Source: Raillietiella orientalis
Lineage: Eukaryota
Direction of reading: 5' to 3'
DNA length: 64,000 bases
Assembly: GCA_036172245.1 (NCBI GenBank)
Contig: JAYWIR010000001.1
Location: forward strand, 3,100,001-3,164,000
The notes beneath the pieces were generated by a model that was not told the origin of the DNA, did not search any database, and saw only the letters and a list, made by a program, of their open reading frames with translations. Both the position numbers and the translations under genes were made by a program. How positions within the stretch are numbered: position 1 is the first letter of the stretch; each line of letters starts with the position of its first letter. Positions 12,982 to 26,011 of this stretch are shown here, in pieces.

Positions 12982-14125
12982 TGAGGGAGCGAATTGGTGA
13001 AATTACGTGCCGCATCACGTAGCGAAGGAATGCTGCAACCTTTCCAACGAGATACAACGTAATGACGTAGACGTATGTGCACTTACGAGGGGATGCCAAT
13101 GATTAAGCGCCATTACGGACCTCTCTTAGTGTACTGCAGCTTACTCTCTACGATTCCAAGGGAACTCTAAGGAAAAATTCCGCCCGAGTAAAGGTTGAGG
13201 ATGCTGGTTTATTTTTAGCAACAGCTCCCCGGAAACAAGATGGTACGTACAAATGGAAGGTCCGCTTCAGTCCAAATTACGTAAACGGTCACCCTGGTAG
13301 GGGCGCACGGTGCCCTGTCGTTCATTTTGTTGGTGGTGGTGAAGATGGAAAGATGCACGTGGTGGGGGGAAACCTGAAAGATTCTTCGTCTCGAATCCGA
13401 ACCGATCCCATCCTTTTAAGCAAGCAAGTAGATGTGACAACGCTCTTGACCTCAACCAGCCAACCTTGTTGTGTTCCGTTTTCCTGTTCCCGAGGGCGTT
13501 GATCTCCGCAGATCACGATCTCATCTTTAGGATGCATGTGACGTGCAGTTTCCAATGCGGTATGATTTTCGTCAATTAGCAGATGAAACGCATTTTATGA
13601 AACCACGAGAACTCGTTGAGAGTCCTTTTCAGCGATTTTGATCCGGGAAGATTACTGGTTGCTGGTTTTCAATAGAAGTACTCGGGCGTGGTTAAATGGG
13701 CTCGCTGTTCAACTGATTCCAGGCTCAGGCTATATATGTGTCTTCCAGCTTTAAAAGAACTGATAGCCAATAGGCATTAATGGCACACAAATTCTTTCTT
13801 TTACTGCACTCTGTCCTTCGAGCTACTTTTTCCTGAAAGGGGGATACGCCGTTGGCATGTCTTCGTGTTCACCATTTTAATTCTGAGAATGAGGCCTTCA
13901 AGGCGCTGCTGCCTTCTTCGTATCTTGGATGATTTCCCGAAAGACGGTGGAGCATCGACGAACCGTATAGCACAGTTTCAGTAAAGAAAATTCCGACTGC
14001 TTTTCACTGCACACATTGAGGGGGACTTTAAGCGTTCACTCCATTTTTTACTTTATGGTCCCCTCCCTCAAGCTCCTGGCTCCCTTAGAAGCCAGCCTGC
14101 GAGCTGGTGCTCATCCCAAGTGAAT

Positions 14126-14147
14126 TTGTTGTTGTTGTTGTTGTTGT
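14126..14147 (+). repeat. (TTG)n microsatellite
   Basis: About 7 tandem ttg units. Confidence 0.9.
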
Positions 14148-16392
14148 CCGACTCGTAATTTATTTATTCTTAAATAAACGCCCCCGTCGTGACCGGATAC
14201 AAACCCGTACCCCTTTCTTTCCAAGGCGGAACTACAAAAAATCCTGCCAGACGAGTTCCTTCGAATTATAATTAAGCTGCGAGAATCACTGGACGCTTGG
14301 CGACTCGTATTCACATCACCTTCGGCAGGATTTGGTTCGAGGCGGAAGAAGATCGGTGCCTTCTTTTCGCAAAGAGGCTTCCGCGAAGCAGGAAACCATT
14401 CGCGGTCGGCTGGCTCAGTGCTTTTATCCTGCTTTATCCTGCTACCCCTTTCGATTCGAAGATGCAGGTTCTTTGCAGCACGATTTTTGGTTGGATTTCG
14501 AACACTTTTTTTTTCCCCCTCAGGGTGCTCGGACTTGGCTGAAGACCGGGACATCGAGAGGAACCTTGCTGACATGGCAGGTTAAATTCATGGTGCTCAA
14601 ACGCTGGTCAGGCGTCGCCAGTTGGCATGGGCTCATTGGATCGTCGGTGACAGATGCACGTGAAACAAGCTTTGAACTTTGCCATGTCATCAGCGTAGTG
14701 ATGACCACCTTGAGACGCTGATCAATAAGTGGCTACTGGGCTTCTAGACAAAACGCTTTCGTTCTTCAAGACAAGTCAGTGTACGTGATTATTGGTGTCA
14801 TCTGCTTTATTTAGGAATGAAATGACCCATGAATGCAGGGTTGAAAATAAAAGCACAAGGGTTTCTTTTCTTGGAATTCCTCCACCATGTTTCCTATATC
14901 CAAGGCAACCGTCTCTTACTAGGAGTGCTACGTGTTACTCTATCATCGCACTTGTTAGAGGTAAAGAACTATTGGTTTATTGGTGTATAGTGGCAAAAAA
15001 CACGAATGTCTTTTGGATACGAACGAAGGTTCACTATGATACAGTCAGATAGTCTGGGAAGGCAATAGCGAGTTTTTCATCTGTTTTGTCGAAATGGCTG
15101 CATTCTATATTTTATACCGTTCCTATAAAAGTTCTATAAACTTTGCCAGTTTCAACGTGTGTGTACACTCATAGTTTATTCATTTTCCTTCATTTGGGTG
15201 TTTGCAAGAGTACACAAAGGGTAACACATTTTCGTCCTTTTCACGGATCTCTCAATGCATTAAACGTGAGCTACATGAGCCTGAAATACGTTCGATGCAA
15301 TCCACCCATTTTCCAAGGCATGTCAGAATCTTGAGCGATGCTGCATACTTCTCGTTAGCAAGGAGCACTGAACATAAATTTAGCTTTATTCCATGCCAAA
15401 GCTATGGAATATATACCTTTGGTGTGAAAACGATAGAAAGCATGCGCACACATCTCGTACAGTTTATAGGGATCGCAATCACATCACCACCACAGGCCAT
15501 ATGTTTGGCAAGCGAACAGTATTCGTAACCCTCGTGGTCAAACCATCACTGGGAAGGTGACGCGACGGCAACCCTTTGATTCCCTTTGATCCATCAGAGA
15601 TCAAATTTCCTTGGCACTTGGTTTCCTATACGTAGTCCTACGATGGCAGAATAGCATCCTTCTTAGAAGTTGCCTTGGTTCACCTCTGGGAGTCCTCCGA
15701 GGTATTTGGAATCTGAGCTCATCCCACGAATTCAGCGTCACCCTAGCGATTTGAAAGAAATCAAAGTGTTACCAACAGTTCCTTCATGCTGTGTTTAGCC
15801 ATAACACTCGTGATATTAGATAATACACAGGTGGATGGGCTACAAGGCAATTACGAACTGCATAAGGATACGCGAACAGCTGACTGTATGCCTCATTGAG
15901 GATCCAAAGATATATCTAGATCATCCATATTTCCATAAATAGATCGATTCTTAGCATACTTGCTCTACCATATCTATTAAATCCTTGCTTTTCCTGGGGG
16001 AAACACAATATTGATGCAACCTGAAGTTTCACCGAGACGCAAACAGCATCGCGCTGGCATGGAAACTTCCTTGAACCTTCGCAATTCGTATGAACACGGA
16101 TAATCAAAACGGATAATTCCGCCGTTTAGAGGACACAATCTCCGCAAAACGGAAACACTTTTGCTTCCAGATGCACAGCACATGTGTTCAAAGAGGAGAA
16201 ATTCTTTCATCACATTCTTCTCAAGAAAACGCGCATTTGTGGAGGAATGGTGTAATGAATGTCAGCCCGCATCAGAGAAATCCAGAGTAAGCAAATTCAA
16301 GTTGAGTCGAATCCTTCAGTATCCTCGATTCTGTTGAAGCCACAAACACTTGCAGAATTCGTGGGTTTCTGATTCAAAACATGTTTCCAAGT

Positions 16393-16437
16393 AGGGAGTT
16401 TCTTTTCGAAGATGCACGCTTCGAAAAGAAACTCCCT
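16393..16437. repeat. Perfect 19-bp inverted repeat with 7-nt spacer
   Basis: agggagtttcttttcgaag-atgcacg-cttcgaaaagaaactccct. Confidence 0.95.
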
Positions 16438-16447
16438 CGGGGAGGGA

Positions 16448-17159
16448 TTGGGGAGGGATCCCCCCTGGACGGGGGGGATCGCACCTCCCACCCTGGTTGT
16501 CTCCGAAGGGGAACCGCGAAGGGAATCTCCTTCCTCATTCTCTCCGGATGGACCACCCCGGAAGGGGGGTGGTCCTCTCCACTTCAACTTCTCCTAAGGG
16601 AACCCGGAAAGGATCCGCTTGTAGGAATTTCTTCTCCGGAGGGAACCCGCAAGGGAACCGTTCCTGTTCACTCTTCTGAAGAGAACCCCGAAGGGACGCT
16701 TCCGAAACTCAGAAGGGGCGCTGCAGCTTCCTGCAGGGAATCGCTCTCGCTTGCTTCCTTGTGCACACTCTTTGAAGAGGCGACGAAGGATGGACCCCCC
16801 AACAGGGGGGGTCCGCTCCTTTGAACAACTGGAGAGGTGCCCGCGCGGGCTCCTGCTCCATCTTGAAACCGGAGGCGCTTCCCCGGTGACAGGGGTCTGC
16901 TCTCCGTTGCACGACCAGAGGGGGAACTCCCTAGTCCTTGATTCCTGGGAGGACCCGAAGATCGACTCCCATTGTTCCGGCCTTCATCGGGGGCCTCCGG
17001 CTTAATCCACTGCCGGTGCCACGCCCGAATGTCTCGGCCAACCGGCACCATTGCAGGTGAAACCCAACGACGCAGTGGCGTCAGTTTCTGCCGAAGTATT
17101 CGAACCCGCGACGCATGGTGCCATGCGCGGAAGTCTTAACCACAAAGCCTCCTCCGCGG
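16448..17159 (-). mobile_element. SINE copy S3, 3'-truncated, close to S2
   Basis: Reverse complement of S2 from the head (ccgcggaggaggctttgtggttaag...gggttcgaatacttcggc) to about 10330. Tail absent. Confidence 0.92.
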
Positions 17160-20100
17160 AATCCACTTGGACCACAGTGGATTCCTCGAAGTAAGCATTC
17201 CATGAAACAGGCATCTTGCTGAAAGTGAAGCATGGGGCTAATGATGGCACGTCTGCCTGCATCTGACTATATCATCACTGAAGTAGAGCATTTCATAGTC
17301 TCACAGAGGACCCAGGACCGCCTTTCCGGATTTCTTCATCCGCTTCCATTGGTGAGTGAGCAGGCTGATCCAGAAGAATCGGTAAGGTCCGATGTAGGTA
17401 CCAGAAGAGCGAACTTCAGCGTCGGATTCCGTCTCTGTGTGTGACGGAAAACAACCTCGGGGCAGCTGAGGACATTGGACATCCACATTGGCAAGGGTAG
17501 CTACCGAATAATGTGGGAGGTCCAAAACAGACATTCTTACATGGGATCTGTGAGCCACTTTGGTAAACTGACGTCACCAGTAGATCATAATATAAATCCT
17601 TTACATTTCACACTGCCTGGCGACCGTTCTCATGTCCTCGGTAGAACTCAAGAGCAAATTAGTCCTGTAAGAACCACAGTGAAACTTCAGAGCAGCCTTA
17701 AAAAATCAGACCAAACATTGCATGCAGTGATGTGAACAGAAAATGGACGCTGAAGTAGTTGTAAGCATATTTAAAAGTGGGGCACCGGTGTCCTCTAAGC
17801 ATGGACGAAGCTACTTCTAACCGTGGATTGTTTTGTTTACTAAATATGGAATTTGTGACCGTCGGAATCCAATCGGAATATCTGAGGAACTTTGGCTAAA
17901 CAGCATGCTGCGAAATAATTATTATAATTAAAAAAAAAAAAATTTGGCATACAGGAAAACCACGGCTCGCGATTTTCGCTCCAGCCGTCTGTTTCCTCCT
18001 GGAGTTAGAAAGGAAAACGAACAACGCGGACCATAAACCGGATGTTATTCCCTTCGTAGCTCGCTGGGAAGAGTAGGCATGGATTAACCTCACAGGTTCC
18101 CCTTAACGTCTGGTTCACCTATTAGGTTTTTTTTTGTATCGCAGGTGCCCTCTTCGCGCTTCCAACATCTTTATATGTTTTCCTTTTGAGAATTCCTTCA
18201 GGCTGGATTCAGCCCTAAACCCTCTTCATCTCTTCCCCTGAGTTCGTTTTCTGCTGTGACTCCTTTTGCATGCCGTCTGTTTTCTAGAAGTTCTCCATGC
18301 TTAACTAAACGGATGCAGGATGCATCCTGCTTTCACCGTTTGCGCCCAAGCTTTGCTCTTGAGTTGTTTCCCTCTCGCCATTCCCGTTCTGATGGGCATC
18401 CATGCTTTTTCGGGTTCAGTGCTCTGCACTCCACATTTGGTTTCAGAAGCATTCACTTCTTGGGTTTTCTGCTGAATGCACGTTCCCCGACTTCCTTCTT
18501 TCTGGGAAGCCCTCTCATTCCCCTACGTTTGTCGCATTTGTTACAAGCTTTTACTGAGACCCTGCGTGTGCAGCCAAAGACGAGTTTCTCCGCGTTTTCT
18601 TCCAGATGGCAGCGATCAAATTCTTCTGATGGATAAAGAGCAATGGACTTTAGGTTTTTGGAGAGGATGAACGCTGCAGATTTCATGCTGATCAATTTCC
18701 TGATACAGTTAAGCTGCTGAAGAGTACGGAAAAAAGGTACTCATCTCGTTACGTTCCCTTGAAGCACGTAAATTATAGCAGTTCAACATCTCTTGATATT
18801 TACGAGAACATGACCTCTAATGACTTGGCCGTGGATCCGAACTGTGATCAGGTGGTCTTCTCGACCGCATCCTGTTCTAGGAACCTTCCGAATATGATTG
18901 ACGCCGCGCTTGTCATGAACCATAGAAGAAGAAAGAAGGCATAAAGTCACACCAGCCTATTGTCATTGGTGATTGATTTCAGTTAGAAAGGCGTTAAAAA
19001 AGGGTTGAAATCACATCCCTGATTACCATTTACCACAATAGTTGAGGTGGGAGCTTGACATCTGAATGTTGCATCTCCTTCCTGCTAATCTTATTCGTCT
19101 TGGATCGGGTCTGTCCGCTTCCTTGCCAGCATCCTCCCCTCCAGCATTGTTCTGCAATACGTGGCTTTCGTCCTTTGCACTCTTCAGGATGCCAGCAAAG
19201 ATGTTCCGATGGATGCCGTCTGGATGCTCGCTTGAAGATTTGAGGGTGCATTCGGTTCACCCTTGAGAAAATGGGAACCAACCGGATATGGATGCCCAGA
19301 ATCTATTCAGCTCAAGCTGAATAGATTAGATGATTTTTAAGAGCGGCCACCAGCCGATCTTCACGATAACGCTGTGAGCTGAAGAGCAACAGAGATGCTC
19401 AAAAGCAGATGGCTCCCATCTTAACTGTTGTAGATTGTGTTCATGCGTTGACAAAAAGCCAGCTGCTGTTTTGTACGTTCTCTTTTGTTCTCTCGTGTGT
19501 GTGTTTTTTTAATGTTTTTTCAAATGCTTTTGGAACACTCAACACCGTGAGGAGTGCTTAGTGATCGCATATTATGAAGAATCATTGTACAGTTTTAATA
19601 CACAATTCCTGTGTACCTGCAGGGAGAGAGTGCTGTAGACTCGGTTGCGGTCATGCTACTGTCCTTTTGAATAGATCTTGGGGCAATCTTTTGGCATGAA
19701 GTTCGAGCCGCGGCAATACGTTTTCTCATCTCCTCCACACTCCCATCTCTTGGAAAGGTAGGAAGGCACCCACGTGCTTTGCAAGTGTTTCCCGGGAGAA
19801 ACAGGGATATCCGAGTTCTGTGGAAAGATGACAGAGGTGACCAGGAGTCCTGCAAACTGCCGTTGTTGTGTGGTAGCTCATGTGACGACAAAACGTGGTT
19901 GTTAGATTCCAATCACACAGAATGGCAGCAGAGCACTTTCTAAAATTCAGATCACTGGATGAATGTTCGAGCGTTTGCTTCGGTTGCATCTGACGATGGC
20001 AGCAGAGGCTGCTAATTCCTTGCAAAGTGTGGCTCTTGCATCACAGATAACTTCATCATCGCTGGATGACCGGCCGATCCACGTTCCTTTGAAAGGCATT

Positions 20101-21294
20101 TTGCGGCGGTGCTGTCCTACTTTCATGGGACAGCATCGTATCTCGGGGCATTTCCTAAATTGTGGAGAATAGCTCAAGGTGCTGATCACCCCTGCAGTCC
20201 GGGTGAACTTTCTGTCCGCACACGCTTATGGATTCCTCGGATGGAGCTGGCCGAATGCTCAGATGTGTATGATGTGAAGTACCCATTCGAAATCCAATTC
20301 AGTATCAGATTTCCTGATCTGTCTACACAAGGAAAGAGAACAAATGCGTGCTCTCTTTTCAGTGATCTTCTCCTGATTAAGAATCAACTCTTCTCTTAGG
20401 AGGGACAGAACTTCAGATACGTCTTAAATGTCTCCTTAGATGCCGTGCTTTATTTTATCATGCTTATTTTATTTGGATTGCCAATTTCAGCGTGCAGCGT
20501 GCACTTATTTTTCCGGCTTCCCATCCAAAAGCAAATGAAGTGTGTCGATAAGCTGAGGGCCACCGAGTGCATTGGTACTTGTGGTTGTGAGAACGAGATA
20601 ATCCAGCGGAGAATTCAACGAGATAATCCTTCCAGCAATTTATTTGTTTTTGTTTGTAGGAGAGCACATTTTCTCAGGAACATTTCATACGAGCGGTTTC
20701 TCAGCCAAAAGCGCGCAGTTGCCTAGGATACAGAGTTCTTAGAGCACTGCGCGTTGATGAATATGTAGAGAAACCCGACTTGTAGATGCGAGTTTACTTA
20801 TAGGAGAATCCATTGATGGAAAAGTAAATTATTTGCAGAGAAACGTATCGTACACGGATTCCAGTTCCACCGTTTCCATGGTTTCAGTATTCACTTCCTG
20901 TTTAGTTGGTGCTCGGGTGGTTATCGGTGAAGACTTTACTTTCGCCCTCTCGCTGCATCATTTCTTGGCTGGGATCGCTTTCTGCACGATGCTTTTCAAG
21001 CCATCAGAAGAAAGCCAGAACACCGACTTGAAGAACTTTTGAATTGGCCGCCCACTCGGTCTTGTGGTGTTGACACGACTTCTGCGTGCAAGAAAATCGT
21101 GCTGCGATTCGGACAGTAGCGAGGTTTGAATCGCTGGACGATGGCTCTTTCAAAATAACGAGCTATCATCGAAGAAAAGCCAATTGCCCAATTGCTGCTT
21201 CAGTGGCCTCCGTGACCTTTCGCTGTCGTTCGCAAGTGAGACAGTGTTTTGCTTTTCGGATATCTTCGTTCCTCACCTGTTTGTGGACTCGTCG

Positions 21295-21982
21295 GCCCGC
21301 GTAGGAGGCCATGTGGTTACTGTGGTCTCCGCGTGTGGCACTCGGCATTGCGAGTTCGAATAGTCGGCAAGAATCGGAGCAAAGAGTTTGTGCGCGTCGT
21401 GGGTTCGAGTCGGAGATAACGCTGTTCGACCTATACTTCCCGGGAAGGCGCCCAGTAGTGGTGCAAACTGTATGCCCCCGACGAGGTCCCAAGCAATGGA
21501 AGTCGACCTCCGAATCCCTTCCAGGAATTAAGGAGTGGAAGTTACCTTCCGGCCGTGCACAGGAGCGGACTCCCCTTTGGGGGGGACCCTCCGTAGAATA
21601 GGTGTGTCGCCACATCTCTAGAGTTCCAGAGAAGCGTGCCGCTTTCTTCGGGGAGAGCTCCCTTCTGAATTTCGGAAGCGTCCCTTCGGGGTTCCCTTCG
21701 GAGAAGAAAACATGGAGCGGACCCCTTCGGGGGTCCCTCCCTAGAGAGTAAAGAAAGGGAGGATTCTCTTCCGGGTTCCCGTCGGAGGCAACCAGGGTTG
21801 GGAGGTTCCCTTCGGGGATGCCTCCCCAGGCTTGAGAGGCGGTCCCTCCCCGGTATCTTGAAGAATTAACACACGTACCCTCGGGTGGGGTGGGGAACAG
21901 TCTCAAAGAGCTGCGTGGGATGCTGGTTCTTGAAGTACTCAGCGAACCCCCACAAAAAAGCTAAAAGCGAAGATTTCCATCG
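21295..21982 (+). mobile_element. SINE copy S4, divergent, with fewer hairpin units
   Basis: Head gcccgcgtaggaggccatgtggtt...gagttcgaat, shared ccaggaat(t/c)aagga, canonical hairpin at 21714-21740, then agtactcagcgaacc + A-tract + gaagatttccatc. Confidence 0.88.
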
Positions 21983-24900
21983 TGTCTTTGCATGGGACTG
22001 GGATATAATCAACGGTCAAGTTCTTCCAGCACGTCGTCAAAGCGCGAGTAATCATTAGCGTCTCCGTCAGGCGTGACGCAGTAGGGAATTTTAGAGCAAA
22101 ACGGTGCAAAATATCAAGATGTACACACACTTTTAGTTTCGCTTTCTGGTGATGTAGTAAGGATCCCTCTCGGTCGCGAGGAAGCTGCGAACTGATACCC
22201 ATTCCACACTCGAAGGACTCTTCAGAAGCAGAAATGTGTGAAGAGGAACAGCTCTTTATACATTTCTGCCAGTAGTTTCAGGGCACTGGTGTTCACAAGG
22301 ATTGCCATGGCCATCGAACCCCCACGTGCCACATCTCCCACGAGGAGCTTTGCATGAAAATCTCATGCAGGTCGTCCTGCAGTTTTCTTCCAGAGAAAGA
22401 ATGAGGTCTTTGAGGCAGTCGGCTCAAAGCTGAAAACTCATAACAGCCTCTTCAGCACGAGTGATTTTCCATGGGAAAGCGATCTCACCTACGAGCACCA
22501 TATTCAGAAACCTTCCTCCATGACGAAGAGGGAGAAAATGTGTGCCAGAAGCAACCAAAGGTTTCGAAATCATGCACCATGTGGTCCAGGGATGCCCGAC
22601 TGTAAGAAAGCAGTGGACGCAGTATGGAAAAACAGAAAATCTGGCAAGAGTGATCTGAGAATCCATGTGTTGCTGGAAGAAGCTGTTGCAAACAAAAAAA
22701 GAAAACTTTCCAAGGGCCTCTTCATTTATTTTCTAAGCTTCGAGAGCCCACGAACCCGTCCAGTCATCCGAAGAGGAAAACAGATCTCCTACGCCCAAGA
22801 ATTCTCAGCCTCCACGTTTTAGCAACCTTTCTCTCTGTCTTCAACGATACAGGAAATGACGCCTGATAACGCTTCCATCTGTGATGATTACTGCTTTATT
22901 TGCTGTTATTGATTTGATTTGATTTGCCTTTATTAATTGTGGTTATTACAAGAAACGTATCTTGTCAATGATCAGGTCTTGTTCCTTCCTGGAGATGATG
23001 ACCACAAAACATCTCCCAGGAAGGTTTCTTCATTGCACACCTATGAGGGAGCAACGAATTTCAGCTGTTGCATTCCCAGAAGTGCATTCAACAGAAAACG
23101 CGGGGTATCTGGGATCTGCAACCCCATATTTTCGGGAGAAAAATTTCTCCGTGCCTTCTTGCAGAGAAACTGCTAACCAAGTGAACCTGGTAGAGCGAGC
23201 GATCTTTGGAAAAGATCTGCGTGCTCATGGGAGAAGGATGAGCGTGGTCTACGCTTCCTCCTGCAACTTGTAAGGCCATTATTTTCCCGGCAACAAGTAT
23301 GTCTGCATTCAGATGAAGGTAAGACAAAGGGATAGACTGTGATTGAAACTGAGATATGCAGGGAAATAACGATAAGAAATATTTTTGGTCCTCTGCACTA
23401 GGCTAGTGTCTGCGGACACAGTTAAGGGATCTTAGGTCTCATGAATCGAAGGAAGAAGGAAAAGGAGAGCACGAAAAAGGGCAGCGGTTTGAGGGTGCCA
23501 ATAGTAGAGAGGAACAGTTCTTTGATTAAGTGATGACTCTTTGATTCTCTTCGTCCAAAGTCGGTGGCATTCTTCACCTCGTGCTCTGAAGAAACATTTT
23601 ACTGGATCTGGTGCCCGTTCATCACCATTTGCCGTCTGGAAAAGGTGGCGATTTTCCTCTTAGTTTCTAGAATAGGATGAAAAATAGAAATTGAATCGCA
23701 TATCTCATGAGTGCCAAGCAGCAACATCCAACAAATCGACGTATCACAAGAATGCGTGGAGTCAAATGAAGCACCAAAGGATGAAGTTAGGAAAAGAAAT
23801 CAACATGCCGCGAACCTGAAGGGAATCTCGAGGAGGGGGTGGGATGCTGGAGCACAGAAAGCATCCACTAGCTGCTGCTGACTTCATAGCTTACCATTCA
23901 TCCTCTGGTTTCCCGATTCGTGTTTATGGTTTTCGAACTGTTGACTCAACATACCTCAGGTGCATGCCTTTGCCCAGGGACCACGAATGGTTCAAAGAGG
24001 AAAAGGCGAGGAAGCAAGTCGGTTTTGCTCTTTAAGAAGCTTGCAGAAGCGAAACGGTGTTTCCTGTCCTGATGAGGAGCATGAGATCCTCTTGTGGACC
24101 GCAGGGATGAATTCTTCTAGAGGAAGAATTATTTCTCAGGAATATTTCTCCCGCATCTCCTCTAGAAGGAGATTCAGGAGTCGAGTTCCAGGAGAACCAC
24201 TCTGTGGTATAAAACAATTGGTTATCGAAGAACCGGAAAACTTAAGGAAGCTTTTTTTTTTTTAAAAAAAAAAAAAAAGGCATCCCATAAAACTTAGTTT
24301 TTTTTTTTCAAAAAATAAAAAAAAAGGAAGGAAAAAAGAGTAACCAGAATCTGAGTATGAATCTGCAGAAAGTGTTTGGAGCTTAAGAAAGAGATCTGAG
24401 GGGAAGATCGACGTCTAAACAGTAATGCTGACCAGATTTGTCGCTCTAATTTGCCTTCCTGCTTCGAAAGTGAATGCTATAAGCGGGTTCGCAAACGCGA
24501 TGTCTTCCTGTGTAGGTGAATTCCTCTACGGGAGAGCACGAAAAGCAGCAAACACAGAACAGGAACAAACTGACTCGTAAGTGTCAGCAGCAGCTCATCA
24601 CGGCTGTTTGGCTCCAGACAGCATTCGGTTAAGCACGCAGGTGAAAAACCTCCTGGAAGGTGGAAACGTGTCTTGCCCTCCTAAGCAACCAATGGATTAA
24701 ATTATGAATCAGCCCACAGAGGAAGGTACTGAGATGGAGATTAAGACAAAGTTCCATCTATTCTGAATCCTCGAGTTTGGTTTTCAGGTGGCAAATTCTT
24801 TAATGGCAGAGATGAACTCTGACAGACTCTTTTCTTCTTTGCATTAGCGATTTGAGCGAAGAAGCAAAAGTGATCCACAAGAGGCATGTCGAAAAGGACA

Positions 24901-25662
24901 TCAAGAACGGGCCAAGAAAGATTAGGAAAAAATCGAAGGTTGCCCATGGGGCTCAAGAAATGGAGAATACTCTGCACACTTGTTTATGTGTGCTCCCAGC
25001 TGCAGCCACCCATAAATATGAAGTTTCCCGAAGGCACTGAAGGAGATCGGGATTCGCATACTAGCGGTGCTCTTCATCCGAATAAAATTTACACTTCGAG
25101 GAATGCCCTAAGAATAGGCTGCAGGAAAGCGGTAGGAAGTTTGCCTCTGAATCAGCTCGCCGACAGTGACCTTTCATCTGTCTCCTGTCTAGGGCACAGG
25201 AATCCCCAAGCCTTCCAGTTTCCCGGACCAGATACTTGTGATGCAGACATACTACATTCGGTTGGCATAGATGCCCCTTGTTGCTATTTGAAAACTTTAC
25301 CCCTTCTATTTGGCCAGCTGCAGGGAGAGCTGCACGTTCACGGGGGAGTAATTCGAAACTTGGTACAGTTTTTTTCACTGACAATAGCATCACAAGATGA
25401 AGATGCTAATTGCAGTGCTTTCGAAAATGTTGAGGGAAAAGACAAGAGGGGAAGAGAAGCAGAAAAAGATAGGACGCGAAACCAATGGCCTTCGCCAAGT
25501 GTGGGCATCTCAGCCTACTGTCAACCACCTTGGAGTTTCTGTGGAATTCTGCTGTCGCAGTTAGATGAAACTCATCCTGTGGTACATCAGACTCTCAACT
25601 TGGATATTTCTTGAATATAGATCGAGTTCACTTCCACGTGTCCATCAGAAGGTTTCAAAGAC

Positions 25663-26011
25663 TAATTACATGAGTATCAATCCAAGTACCGTTCCAAGGA
25701 ATATTTAAAAACTGACTCTAGAAACGAGCGGAGAGACGGATCAAAAGGTTTTCTAGATAACAGTGCATGAATTTACGTGCTGATTTTTTAACTTGAAAAG
25801 TTTCCTAACGAATATTTATTGGATGTGCTTACATCTAGTCCTGAAGTGTTGAAGTAACATTGTGTCTGATATTTTCGCTAGATGGCAGTAAGCGTACGCA
25901 AACGTATAAATGGAAGTCGAGATGGTGTACTTTATCAGTGAACATATCTCAAATCATGAATCCTTAGATACTCATGTACTTATAAAATCCGTACATATAC
26001 TCATGTGATTA
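25663..26011. repeat. AT-rich segment bounded by short inverted repeats (possible MITE)
   Basis: taattacatgagtat (25663-25677) is complementary to atactcatgtgatta (25997-26011) at 14/15 positions. A second inverted copy, gatactcatgta, lies at 25967-25978. Confidence 0.3.

Noticed and set aside
22937-23176. LQETYL as an endonuclease motif
   Set aside because: Isolated hexapeptide with no neighbouring APE motifs.
24886-25614. 242-aa plus-strand ORF as a gene
   Set aside because: No recognisable domain and no independent support from the sequence.
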